IMG/VR virus record: IMGVR_UViG_2778261696_000009
Span: 1 to 20,973 of that record
Reading direction: 5' to 3' (one strand)
Origin: a virus
Taxonomy: Duplodnaviria; Heunggongvirae; Uroviricota; Caudoviricetes
Length of the DNA stretch: 20,973 nt
In this document: positions 7,313-16,298 of the stretch, piece after piece
Position numbering within the stretch: position 1 is the first letter of the stretch
How the letters are laid out: each line of letters begins with the position of its first letter
Program-made: the position numbers and the translations under genes
The notes under the pieces: model-generated
Seen by the model: only the letters and a program-made list of their open reading frames with translations
Databases searched by the model: none
What the model was told of the DNA's origin: nothing

Positions 7313-8489
7313 TCACATTCTCCTTAATAAAAATATAATCTGAATACCACTGCATCATATCACGGCGTTTATCAATATATTGAGCATGATTATACGTACC
7401 TCTAATATTATTCTTATCTATATGAGCAAGCTGTATTTCTATCCAAGCCGAATCATATCCTTTTTCGTGGAGGATAGTAGATAAGGAATGTCGAAATCCA
7501 TGACCAGTAAGTTTTCCACCATAACCAATACGCTTGATAACTTGGTTAATACTCGCCTCACTCATAGGCTTGTTCGGATCGTTCCGCCCCGGAAAAACAT
7601 AACTATACTTCCCTGTCATCATCTTGAGTTCATTTAGCAAATCTAACGCTTGAGTCGACAAAGGCACAAGGTGTGATCTGCGCATTTTCATCCTTTCAGC
7701 AGGAATTTCCCAAATAGCGTTATCTAAATCAAATTCTGACCATAATGCCGCACGTAATTCGATGGTTCTAACACCTGTAATCATGAGCAATTTCGTGGCA
7801 ATCAGGACAAGCCGACTTCCGGTATATCCGTTTAAGGCGCGAAGAAAATCAGGTATCTCATTAGCCTTTAAGAACGGGAAATGATTTGATTGGTGTACAT
7901 TGAGGGCGCTTGAAAGATCCGCAGCAGGGTTAAACTCAGCCCTTCCAGTAGCAATGGCATAGCGGAAAACTTCTGAGCATCGCTGCCGAACTTTGCGCAT
8001 TTTTTCTAATGCACCGCGCTTTTCGATTTTACGCAGCACATTAAGCAGTTCTAGCGGTTTAATCTCTCCCACTGGCCTTGTTCCCACATAAGGAAAAATG
8101 TCGTTCTTAAACGCTTCCATGATGTCTGATGCATATCCCGCCGACCATTTGGTAGACTTCTGTTGATGCCACTCTCTGGCTATCTTTTCGAAGGCGTTCT
8201 CTGACTCTGTTTGCAGAGCCAGCTTTTGCTCTTTTCGAACCTCACTAGGGTTCTTTCCTTCTGCCACAAGTTTTCGAGCTTCATCACGACGGGAACGAGC
8301 ATCAGCAAGAGTGATCGTTGGGTAAACACCAAGCGAGATCATTTTGGGTTTACCGGCATAGCGATAACGAAATCGCCAGCTTTTACTTCCATTTGGCTCT
8401 ACAAGTAAAGACAACCCTTGCCCATCCCCAAGTGTATAGGCTTTAGCTTCAGGTTTAGCACGGCGAATCTGCATATCATTTAGGGGCAT
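7305..8489 (-). CDS. int: P4-type tyrosine integrase (site-specific recombinase)
   Basis: 394 aa. N-terminal arm-binding-like region, then a tyrosine-recombinase catalytic region with R (LMITGVRTIELRA), HGFRHSLST (H-x-x-R) and a C-terminal RGTYNHAQY tyrosine region. Located at the element edge next to the candidate attR. Confidence 0.9.
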   Translation of the reverse strand: MPLNDMQIRRAKPEAKAYTLGDGQGLSLLVEPNGSKSWRFRYRYAGKPKMISLGVYPTITLADARSRRDEARKLVAEGKNPSEVRKEQKLALQTESENAFEKIAREWHQQKSTKWSAGYASDIMEAFKNDIFPYVGTRPVGEIKPLELLNVLRKIEKRGALEKMRKVRQRCSEVFRYAIATGRAEFNPAADLSSALNVHQSNHFPFLKANEIPDFLRALNGYTGSRLVLIATKLLMITGVRTIELRAALWSEFDLDNAIWEIPAERMKMRRSHLVPLSTQALDLLNELKMMTGKYSYVFPGRNDPNKPMSEASINQVIKRIGYGGKLTGHGFRHSLSTILHEKGYDSAWIEIQLAHIDKNNIRGTYNHAQYIDKRRDMMQWYSDYIFIKENVNE

Positions 8490-8541
8490 GTGTATAGAAT
8501 TCCAAAATCGAACAGGAACATATACATAATCCTATACACAT
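8488..8541. promoter_or_regulatory. Int-proximal CTATACACAT motifs (one inverted copy overlapping the int start, one direct copy), candidate arm-type sites and int promoter region
   Basis: ATGTGTATAG at 8488-8497 is the reverse complement of CTATACACAT; a direct copy is at 8532-8541 and a related ACATATACATA at 8519-8529. Same motif as at 613-633. Confidence 0.35.
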
Positions 8542-8652
8542 TTAGTACTGGATTCTACTGGAAAGTTATGGACTAATACGAACAGTAAAAACAAAAAATC
8601 TTTTATAAAACAGTGCGGTTATGGATAAATACGGATGTTTGAAGAAGTGGAG

Positions 8653-8670
8653 ATGGTGCCGATAATAGGA
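8653..8670. repeat. Candidate attR core: right copy of the 17/18-nt direct repeat
   Basis: ATGGTGCCGATAATAGGA at 8653-8670 versus ATGGTGCGATAATAGGA at 537-553. It lies ~165 bp beyond the int start. Confidence 0.4.
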
Positions 8671-8727
8671 GTAAAACACTCGATTAATCTCGTGTTAATG
8701 CCATCACCTACGACCATTACTAATTGA

Positions 8728-10092
8728 TTGAATCTTATAGAAAAATCATCATTTTCTATGCGTCACAATCAATTTTCACATTACAAACGCTCCGACACTT
8801 TAGCCGGAGATTTTATGAGATACAAGCCTAACCAATACTTAATCTGTGATTCTTACGGTAACTACTATTTAAGGATCACGCTGCCTGTGTATATGCAGCC
8901 CTTTTTTGAAGGAAAAAGGACGTTTGTCAGAAGTCTACACACAAGTAATCTTCGTGTTGCACGTAGAAAGCGTGATCAGATTGCAGATGAATACCATTGC
9001 TTACGGGAGAGTGTTGCCCCTGTAAACAGCACAATAGAAAACACGCTGGAACTGTTACGCAGTAAGGCTAAATACGCCAAAACAGCTACCAGAGTGCAAG
9101 ATACAGCGTCTTCGTGTCCGTCATTGCTTAAAATTCTTGAAATCTACCTGACAATTAACAGCACGAAGAAGAAGCCAGCCACTTTAGCTAAGGCAAGAAA
9201 AGCGGTAGAGATGTTTCTCTCCTACCGTAAAAAGCCTGATATTGCATTGCAAGATGTAAGCCGCACCACTGTTACAGGCTGGATTGAACACATGCAAAAA
9301 ACTCTTTCACAACAATCAATTGCAAATTATATCAGTCCAATGGCCCAGCTATGGGAATTAGCTTCATCACGTTACCACGATGCGCCAGAAAGGGCGCTCT
9401 CCCCCTGGCGAGGGCATAGGCTTGATGTGGCACAAAGTAGAGAGAGCTACGAGGCATTTTCTAACAAAGAGCTATTGCAGGTGTTGCAAGTATTTTCCGG
9501 TAATTCAGCAGAAAACAAAGAAATGACGGCTTTGTGTCTTATCGGTTTATATACAGGTATGCGGATCAATGAGATAGCAAGTCTCACAATAGACGATGTG
9601 AAAGAGATCGAAGGTGTGCTGTGTTTTGAAATCACACAGGGAAAGACGAAAGCTGCGGCACGTGTTGTGCCTGTGCATAACCTTATCACTCCGTTGGTGT
9701 TGTCGCTGCGTGAAAAGCCTCACAATGGCTTTTTGTTCTATCACGCCAGCATTACAGAACGTGCTGACGGTAAACGCTCTACGTGGCATACACAACGATT
9801 TACAAGAGCTAAACGAAAGGCTTTAGGGGAAAAGGGAACAGAAAGGAAAGTGTTTCATTCTCTGAGACACGGAGTAGCACAGCTTCTTGATCGAAATCAA
9901 ATTCCAGAAGACAGGATCGCCCTTCTCCTGGGCCATACACGCGGCAATACAGAAACATTCCGCACATATAGCAAAAATGCAGCTTCTCCAATAGAGCTTA
10001 AAAAATATATTGAGCTTTTACGCTACCCTGAAATAGAGAAAGGCTTATCAATCAATAAAAAATCAAATTTAAGGCGTAAAACAACGCTATAG
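8728..10092 (+). CDS. Second tyrosine recombinase / phage-type integrase (likely true start at ATG 8815)
   Basis: C-terminal catalytic signatures: YTGMRINEIASL (R), HSLRHGVAQLL (H-x-x-R), LLGHTRG and FRTYSK (Tyr). The in-frame ATG at 8815 has a GGAG RBS 5 nt upstream. Divergent from the P4-type int. Confidence 0.8.
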   Translation: MNLIEKSSFSMRHNQFSHYKRSDTLAGDFMRYKPNQYLICDSYGNYYLRITLPVYMQPFFEGKRTFVRSLHTSNLRVARRKRDQIADEYHCLRESVAPVNSTIENTLELLRSKAKYAKTATRVQDTASSCPSLLKILEIYLTINSTKKKPATLAKARKAVEMFLSYRKKPDIALQDVSRTTVTGWIEHMQKTLSQQSIANYISPMAQLWELASSRYHDAPERALSPWRGHRLDVAQSRESYEAFSNKELLQVLQVFSGNSAENKEMTALCLIGLYTGMRINEIASLTIDDVKEIEGVLCFEITQGKTKAAARVVPVHNLITPLVLSLREKPHNGFLFYHASITERADGKRSTWHTQRFTRAKRKALGEKGTERKVFHSLRHGVAQLLDRNQIPEDRIALLLGHTRGNTETFRTYSKNAASPIELKKYIELLRYPEIEKGLSINKKSNLRRKTTL

Positions 10093-10172
10093 ACGTAATA
10101 AAGAGGCTTCAATATAGACTGATGCCTCTTTTATGATTATCTCGTTACAGAGCGTTTCATAGGCGTTTAAGG

Positions 10173-10850
10173 CTATTGTTTAAATACTGGCGTTACAACG
10201 TCTTGCCCTGGGCTTTTTTGATTTTTCTGTTCTGTTGTATTTACCTGCATTTTAACCTGGCCTCCTACAGATTTATTTGGTGCTGTTTTTACCGCAATTG
10301 CGCTTGTAGTTGCTTTAGAGACAAGACGGATTTGCTCAAAATCAAGAGTAAACAATAGGCTTTCGCTTGCTTCTTCTTCGTAAGACATGCCAACTAACAC
10401 AACGTTGTCATAATTTTTTAACTCAGTGACAAGTAGGAAAGGTTGGCGACTGTCCATCAACTGATTTAGGTATTCAAGCATAAGCATACGTCGATTGCCG
10501 TTAATTCCAGCATTCTTAATCATATCAGGATTGAGCTTCAATACGGTTTCAGAGATACGCCCTTGTAATGTGAACTTGTTATTCCGTATTTGAACATGAT
10601 CACTAACTTCTGATCCTGATTCGACGGCATAGCTTGTAACGTCCGCATTTCTGCTAACTTTCGTCGATTCCACGCTATCAAATGATAATGCCTGGTAGTC
10701 ATTGTAAGCAGCATTTGCACCACTGCCGAGATTAGAGGTAATGATCGCAAAGCCGTTACCCCCTTTGGTTGTTCTACCGTTGCTATCGTTGCTTGTGCTG
10801 TTGATTTTCGCCTCAGTCGGGCGACCAATGGTTAACGGACCCATTGCCAT
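10173..10850 (-). CDS. Hypothetical protein (225 aa), last gene of the structural-looking operon
   Basis: ORF with AAGGA RBS upstream of the ATG at 10850; Ser/Thr/Asn/Gly-rich N-terminus. Follows the 613-aa gene on the same strand. Function not recognisable by eye. Confidence 0.5.
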   Translation of the reverse strand: MAMGPLTIGRPTEAKINSTSNDSNGRTTKGGNGFAIITSNLGSGANAAYNDYQALSFDSVESTKVSRNADVTSYAVESGSEVSDHVQIRNNKFTLQGRISETVLKLNPDMIKNAGINGNRRMLMLEYLNQLMDSRQPFLLVTELKNYDNVVLVGMSYEEEASESLLFTLDFEQIRLVSKATTSAIAVKTAPNKSVGGQVKMQVNTTEQKNQKSPGQDVVTPVFKQ

Positions 10851-10897
10851 AATTTGTAATCCTTATTTAAGGGGGCTAAACAGCCCCACAGTGATGA

Positions 10898-12739
10898 TTA
10901 ATAGGTTGACCCGCCTGACATAACACCCAGCGTTAATAGCTTGCTAAACTCAGCGGAGGATGCCTTTGATTTGAAGTCGATAAATTCGCTCAATCGTCCG
11001 GTGTCTGATTCGATAGTTAGCGGCACTTCTGCATTTACTTGTAATTCTGGATTGAAGTTAATAACAGGTGCAAAGGTGTAAGAAGGAGCCTTGAAAGCTT
11101 GTTGTGCTGCACTCTGTTTCAGATTTGCAATGTTTTGTCCTTCGAGACTGTATTGATTTACAGCCTGCGCCCCACCTACCGTTTCTTCTGGCATAAACCA
11201 GCTTTTAATAGTGTTAACCAGGGAATTGCTGTTATCTGGCTTAGTTGTTCCGGTGCCAGCGCCTTTATATTGATCAGGAGTGAGATTAGAAAGATTCTGC
11301 TTCATTCCTTCGTTAGATAGTGGCGGTGCATCCCCTAAATTCTTCTGAATAGCTTCCGTCTTCTCGTCGTTTTTCATCAGCCAGTTGATTGTTTTCATTA
11401 CGGCGTTAACCAATCCGCCGATAGCCTCGCCTAATTTGGTAAACATTGGCAGCATTGCAACCATGCTCTTTTTAAACTCTTCAATCACTTTCGGATCAAG
11501 AGATTTCATAAAGCCATCAACAAAGGCGATCCCTTGTGAGTCAGAAAGCCCACTAAGTGCATTATTCAGTTCACGGAATTTAATAACGCTTTCCTGTTGT
11601 GCCTGTGTTACCCAGCGCCCTGATTCTCGTTGTTCTCGTGCTGATTGTTCCACTTCTTTAGCGGAGCGTGTCCAGTATTTAGAGGTGAGCATCAAATCAT
11701 CAGCCAGATCTTCCAGACGACTACCGATTTGTGCATCTGAATAGCCTTTCTTCACCATTCCCTGAACTGCTTTACTAACCAGACCAGCCGGATTATCAGC
11801 AAAGTCTTTTAGATCCTTTTTAGTTAAGAATCCTTCATTCATTAAAGTATTGATGCCGCTATCGCCGCCCTTCCATTCACCTTTGCCTGTTTTTTTATCG
11901 ACTACATATTCAGCCTCATCATAGCTTTTGGTTGCACGCTCACGCACATCTTTCATCTGATCGAGATACTTACGTTTACCTTGATCCCCCATCATTGAAT
12001 CAACGCCGTTTTTGTAGGCCCATTGCTCAATATTGTTCATCTGGTTAACGTCTACACCGCCCAGCTTCGCACGGCTATACAATTCACCCAGCGTTTCAGC
12101 ATTCGCAAAGCTGTTAGTAACAAATTCAGAGGCTTTGCTCATAGCCATATACGTAGCGCCAGCGCCTAAGCCACCCAGCATAACAGCCGCAGCACCGCCG
12201 CCAATACTCCCGCTACCCTTAACAGGTGCATAGGCTTTAGCGTGAGCGTTACGATTGCCATTAATCTTACGTTGTTGCTGTTGTAGGCGTTTCATTTGGC
12301 TATTCATACGTGCCAGACTAATAGCTCCTCTTTCATATTGGAGGGCAATTTCTCTAGCCTGTGCAATAGCTTTATATTGTTCCGCTACAGAAAGGCGGTG
12401 CAATGCACTAATGCTTGATCCAACGTCTAACAGTTTTAAGTCTGCCTTCTCTTTGCGTGCTGCCAGGGCTTTTTGTTCTCTTGCAACTACACGTTGAGCG
12501 GCTAATTGTGCTTTAGCATTGGCTTTATCTGCCTGTGCTTGCTTTTTAGCAATATCGTCTACGTCTTTTTTTGCTTTAGAAGTTGATTGTTTATGTGTCT
12601 TAACACGCAATTCTATATCTTTCACCGCCGCCATTTGTTTACGAAGTTTTTCTACTTCTGCTTTTGCTTTCTCTAATGATGGTCGATCAACCTGGAAGGT
12701 GACAACGTTTGATAAGCGGCTGACGTTAAGTTCTAACAT
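10898..12739 (-). CDS. Large coiled-coil / glycine-rich protein (613 aa), tape-measure-like or scaffold-like
   Basis: N-terminal ~150 aa strongly charged Lys/Ala/Gln-rich heptad-like sequence, then a Gly-rich hydrophobic segment (GSGSIGGGAAAVMLGGLGAGATYMAMS). This architecture is typical of phage tape-measure or internal virion proteins; the assignment is tentative. Confidence 0.6.
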   Translation of the reverse strand: MLELNVSRLSNVVTFQVDRPSLEKAKAEVEKLRKQMAAVKDIELRVKTHKQSTSKAKKDVDDIAKKQAQADKANAKAQLAAQRVVAREQKALAARKEKADLKLLDVGSSISALHRLSVAEQYKAIAQAREIALQYERGAISLARMNSQMKRLQQQQRKINGNRNAHAKAYAPVKGSGSIGGGAAAVMLGGLGAGATYMAMSKASEFVTNSFANAETLGELYSRAKLGGVDVNQMNNIEQWAYKNGVDSMMGDQGKRKYLDQMKDVRERATKSYDEAEYVVDKKTGKGEWKGGDSGINTLMNEGFLTKKDLKDFADNPAGLVSKAVQGMVKKGYSDAQIGSRLEDLADDLMLTSKYWTRSAKEVEQSAREQRESGRWVTQAQQESVIKFRELNNALSGLSDSQGIAFVDGFMKSLDPKVIEEFKKSMVAMLPMFTKLGEAIGGLVNAVMKTINWLMKNDEKTEAIQKNLGDAPPLSNEGMKQNLSNLTPDQYKGAGTGTTKPDNSNSLVNTIKSWFMPEETVGGAQAVNQYSLEGQNIANLKQSAAQQAFKAPSYTFAPVINFNPELQVNAEVPLTIESDTGRLSEFIDFKSKASSAEFSKLLTLGVMSGGSTY

Positions 12740-12773
12740 GCTAATTGTTTCCCTGTATTATGATTGTTGTTTA

Positions 12774-12971
12774 TTATTGTTTTTTAGAGCAATAGTATTG
12801 AATTGCTTCGAAAGTGCTGCACCCAGTCTGAAAGACACGCTGGCGCACATTATTTGCATCAATTTCTAAAAGGCGGCAAAGCGCCGATGTGTTTATAACT
12901 GATTCCTCGCTAATAGCTGCCAGTTCTTTTACAGCCTTAAGAATAAAGGATTGTGAGTTTTCTGTATTCAT
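12774..12971 (-). CDS. Small hypothetical protein (65 aa)
   Basis: ORF between the capsid-like and 613-aa genes on the same strand; weak RBS; no recognisable motif. Confidence 0.35.
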   Translation of the reverse strand: MNTENSQSFILKAVKELAAISEESVINTSALCRLLEIDANNVRQRVFQTGCSTFEAIQYYCSKKQ

Positions 12972-13122
12972 TGGTTTTCTCTCACATATATATTTTTATT
13001 TGGGTTTGTAGACAGTAGAAAAACAAAAAGGGCAAAGAGATTCGTTACTGTATTTGCGCCTACAGGTTAGTTAATCCCTTTACCCTTATTGCCCCGATGG
13101 GGAATCGTCTATTAACGCTTTA

Positions 13123-14154
13123 TTACGCAGCAGATCCGAAGATGATAGCTTGCGGAATGTTGTTTACTGGCAGATAAGATGTCTCAGTAACCACAGATGG
13201 GAATTGGAATTCATCCTTGATTAGATATTGGTGATGCAACACGGCATCTTGACCTAACTCAGCATGACGCACACCAACGCCGCTATGAAGCTGGTAACAC
13301 TGTGCCGCTTTATCCATTACCGGAACAATTGCGAAACCGTTCTCTCCGATGTGAGCAACAATCTCAGGAAACATTGACACATCAATAACAGTGATCCCAC
13401 CAATCTGGAAAGAGTCATAGGCTGGGTTAGAATCAACCATACGGGTAAACAGGGCCGTAGCACTCGCATCGCCTGCATATTTCACCATGTCACTGATCAG
13501 CGGGTTAGATGACAAACCATCAGCAGCAGTGCCAGCAGCAAAGATAATTACACCAGTTCGCTTTGCAGCAAGACCAGACCCCAGCTTTTCACTCTGTAAG
13601 CGCACCGCTTTACGAATAGCAAGGAACGGGTTAACAGTAGTCGATGCAAAGTCGATAGCGGGTACCGTGGTTTTAGCCTGACCGTCGAGGAAGTCGAGAT
13701 CACCTTGTCCGGCATATTCAGATTCAACTTTCAGGCCCAGCAGCGCGGTAATCAGATCCACTTCAACACGGTTTGCGTGTGAACGGTAATGAGCCTCAGA
13801 GAAATCATTAACCGCTACCAGCATAGCATCAGAACGGTTTGGATATTGGCGGCTGTATTGTTCCAGGTCACGAGAAGTAACAGCGTTAATACTGCCGACG
13901 TGTTTCATCTGGAAAAGTTTGTTTGACCATTCCTGACGTTTAGAGGCGTTCCAGTCGCTTTGAGCGTAAGGCGAGGTTTCCCCAGCTACCTGCACAAACT
14001 GATCAATCAGGTCGGTAAGAAGAATGCTGTTTTCTGTATGATATTGCACATCGAACAGATCGAGATTAGTAATCAGGGTATTAAGTGCATTCTCATAAGC
14101 AAATGGAGTTACTACCGCAGTATTAACGCCAAAATATGTTGATAAATCATTCAT
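13123..14154 (-). CDS. Putative major capsid-like protein (343 aa); identity tentative
   Basis: Strong RBS (AAGGAAA, 8-nt spacer). Size and position immediately after a ~127-aa decoration-like gene mirror the lambda-type D-E (decoration, major capsid) arrangement. No direct sequence match could be verified by eye. Confidence 0.55.
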   Translation of the reverse strand: MNDLSTYFGVNTAVVTPFAYENALNTLITNLDLFDVQYHTENSILLTDLIDQFVQVAGETSPYAQSDWNASKRQEWSNKLFQMKHVGSINAVTSRDLEQYSRQYPNRSDAMLVAVNDFSEAHYRSHANRVEVDLITALLGLKVESEYAGQGDLDFLDGQAKTTVPAIDFASTTVNPFLAIRKAVRLQSEKLGSGLAAKRTGVIIFAAGTAADGLSSNPLISDMVKYAGDASATALFTRMVDSNPAYDSFQIGGITVIDVSMFPEIVAHIGENGFAIVPVMDKAAQCYQLHSGVGVRHAELGQDAVLHHQYLIKDEFQFPSVVTETSYLPVNNIPQAIIFGSAA

Positions 14155-14168
14155 TATTATTTTCCTTG

Positions 14169-14552
14169 TTAAGTCGTAGGGATCGCAAGTTCTTCATAAC
14201 CAGCAATTACAAAGCCGAGAGATTGCAGTTTTGCAATAACACTTGCCTTTTCCATGCTGTTAAATTCAATCCCATCTTCAGCCAGAATAACGAAAGTAGG
14301 ATGTGCAACCACTACGCTTTCCTGTCCTTCATAAGCCGGTTCAACTACTACGTGAGCAATATCAGATGCGGTTGTTGCTTTGGTGCCATCGGCTTTCAGC
14401 AAAGCCCCGACAATAAGATCGTCAGTGAGAGGTGAAGCCAGTTTGACGAGGCGATCTTGCAGCACTGGATCAGCAGCGTAAGCTACTACCTTACAGCGTG
14501 AACGGGAGTTATCCGCATTCACTGCTTTTAATTTTCCATATGGGTTAGCCAT
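14169..14552 (-). CDS. Putative head-decoration-like / small structural protein (127 aa); identity tentative
   Basis: RBS AAAGGAAAA embedded in the end of the upstream small gene (tight coupling). Ala/Val/Gly-rich beta-looking sequence; size and position are consistent with a capsid decoration protein. Confidence 0.5.
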   Translation of the reverse strand: MANPYGKLKAVNADNSRSRCKVVAYAADPVLQDRLVKLASPLTDDLIVGALLKADGTKATTASDIAHVVVEPAYEGQESVVVAHPTFVILAEDGIEFNSMEKASVIAKLQSLGFVIAGYEELAIPTT

Positions 14553-14556
14553 AAGA

Positions 14557-14754
14557 TTATTTTCCTTTCAGTTGTTTAATTTTAGATTTAAGGGCATCAG
14601 CAAGACTAACCGCATCAGCCGATTTAAATAATTGAGCAGTGGTAGAACGAAGACTTTCGGGAGTAACTCCCAACAGTGCGGCAACCTTAATGAGGTTTTC
14701 ATCACTAACAATCATCGTTTCCCCGTCTTTGCTGATAATCATTTCTTGTTTCAT
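14557..14754 (-). CDS. Small protein (66 aa from ATG 14754; the track calls a TTG start at 14796), first gene of the structural-looking operon
   Basis: ATG at 14754 is preceded by AGGAAC. Its stop overlaps the RBS of the next gene. Confidence 0.45.
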   Translation of the reverse strand: MKQEMIISKDGETMIVSDENLIKVAALLGVTPESLRSTTAQLFKSADAVSLADALKSKIKQLKGK

Positions 14755-15738
14755 AAATAATGTTCCTGTTAGTGCCAGACAAATAAAAAGCCCCAATGCC
14801 GTAAGAGGTTAATTCTGACCAGCAAAGGGGCTTTAACGTGCGGGCAATTACATAATTGATAAGTTAAACTATAAGAGGATTAAACATATCAGCAAATACA
14901 CTTTTTAAATATACTTGATGATATGCTTAAAGGGTGAATAGATACTCCTGAAAACATGCTCTTAGGAAAACATGCGGAATCAATCAGGAATATCTATTCG
15001 GGGCGCGGTGGCCAACCGCTATCTTTCATGGTGTGGATGCACCAGTCAGATTTTAAGGAATCACTATTCCAATCTACTCACAGATTAAATTTTTAATAAT
15101 GATTAACTACACCAACAGTAATCTACCGTTTCAGAAAATCGTTTTTACAACCAAAGCTTATAGATCCGCATTCTATAAAACCCGTTTTGCTATCAATATT
15201 TCCAAAGTTTATTGCACCATTCTTAGCTAAACTCTCTCTGCTTGCGGCTAACGCTATGCAGATGATTGTTTTTGACAACAACTTAATAGATTATTCTGTT
15301 ACTAACTTCTGTCATTAAATAATAGTTTAATGATGTTAGTAAATAGTTATAAAATATAACTATCAGTGTAAGGCTCTTTAATGTTTTCTGACAAAATAAG
15401 GAGCTTTAGGATAAGCATAGATGAAAAATAATAGCGGGAAGGGCAAGGAGATAACACCTACCCGCTTTTATCAAAATTAAGCACAATGCCTAACAACATT
15501 CATCAACACAACGTAGAAACAATCAACAATCAAAGAGGGAGTTATGATTATTCTAAAACTTCTTGAGAGATGGAAGGTAATATTTGTTAGAGGTTAATGC
15601 CACTCAACCTTTGAGGCTATCACCTTCCATATGCAGGGATTTATGACAGTAGAAGGATTAACACCAACTAAAATCTTTTTATCTACCCCTAAAATTATTA
15701 TATAACAAAATCATTATAAATGCAAATAATTTTCATTA

Positions 15739-16038
15739 TCATTTAGAGAAAATAGCACTTTTTGCTAAATCATCTACTAATTGCTGAATCTCTTCACTTG
15801 CAACCTTTAACGTGGTGGCGATGTCTGTGATGATTTGATTACACTGTTTTGCATCGTCCTCTGATACGCTCACCAGAGAGATAAAATCGTCAAGGCTTAC
15901 ATTCACCTTCATTAAGCTAATAACGCATTGAGAGAGCGTGTAATCGCATAAATCTGAATAGGCTTGATTTATTCTTGTTTGTAGTGAGATAGTCAGATCT
16001 AAAAGTTGTTCCATTGCATTGCTAATATCTTCTTCCAT
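15739..16038 (-). CDS. Small hypothetical acidic protein (99 aa)
   Basis: ATG overlaps the stop of the upstream gene (TAATG); AAGGAG RBS 9 nt upstream. Last gene of a minus-strand string of small ORFs. Confidence 0.5.
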   Translation of the reverse strand: MEEDISNAMEQLLDLTISLQTRINQAYSDLCDYTLSQCVISLMKVNVSLDDFISLVSVSEDDAKQCNQIITDIATTLKVASEEIQQLVDDLAKSAIFSK

Positions 16039-16240
16039 TATGCGTATTCTCCTTGTAATGCATCATTAATCATATTCAATACGATGTTAAAAGGTGTCTT
16101 GAGCGTCAGCACTTCATCACGGTAACGCTCTAATGCTTCGTAGTCTTCTGTTTCTTTTGCCAGCCGAATTAACTCTGCATAGTTTTTTGCATCAGACAGG
16201 ATCATCTGAAATAATTGTGTTTCTTGAATATAGCCAATCA
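16038..16240 (-). CDS. Small hypothetical protein (67 aa from ATG 16240; the track extends to 16283)
   Basis: ATG at 16240 has an AGGA-containing RBS (AAAAAAGGAAAAATAATG); the upstream ATG at 16283 has none. Stop overlaps the next start. Confidence 0.5.
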
Positions 16241-16298
16241 TTATTTTTCCTTTTTTGAATATTTTCATTGGGCGCTTATACATACACCCATCATTTTA

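Larger units (their letters stand above)
537..8670. mobile_element. Integrated P4-like satellite prophage (crr, alpha, epsilon-position ORF, delta, psu, cos-like, RT+partner cargo, int)
   Basis: Gene content and order match an integrated P4-family satellite, with crr/alpha at one end and int at the other. Flanked by a 17/18-nt direct repeat. GC-rich core with an AT-rich int/cargo module. Confidence 0.6.

Noticed and set aside
8211-8408. 65-aa plus-strand ORF inside the P4-type integrase gene
   Set aside because: Antisense to a well-supported integrase ORF; no RBS; low-complexity product.
5684-8489. Retron interpretation of the reverse transcriptase (msr/msd ncRNA upstream of the RT)
   Set aside because: The RT start codon overlaps the integrase stop and the integrase ORF is continuous upstream, leaving no non-coding space for a retron ncRNA. 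The RT is also much longer than typical retron RTs. A downstream or embedded RNA is not excluded.
412-8730. tRNA gene as the integration target at either end of the P4-like element
   Set aside because: No tRNA-like sequence (for example a conserved T-arm GGTTCGAATCC-type motif or a CCA-proximal acceptor stem) was seen by eye in 412-660 or 8490-8730. A covariance-model scan would be decisive.
9447-9991. Small ORFs 9447-9689, 9547-9795, 9614-9826 and 9809-9991 within the second integrase gene
   Set aside because: Overlap the integrase coding frame, which carries the recombinase catalytic motifs. Cys-rich or low-complexity translations.
10176-12869. Plus-strand ORFs (10176-10358, 10741-10923, 11099-11320, 11385-11744, 12033-12233, 12255-12497, 12519-12869) and minus-strand 10538-10828 opposite to or nested in the structural operon
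   Set aside because: Antisense to or nested in longer, RBS-supported minus-strand genes; hydrophobic or Cys-rich translations typical of antisense frames.
13487-14435. Plus-strand ORFs 13487-13681, 13960-14142 and 14136-14435
   Set aside because: Embedded antisense in the capsid-like and decoration-like genes; no independent support.
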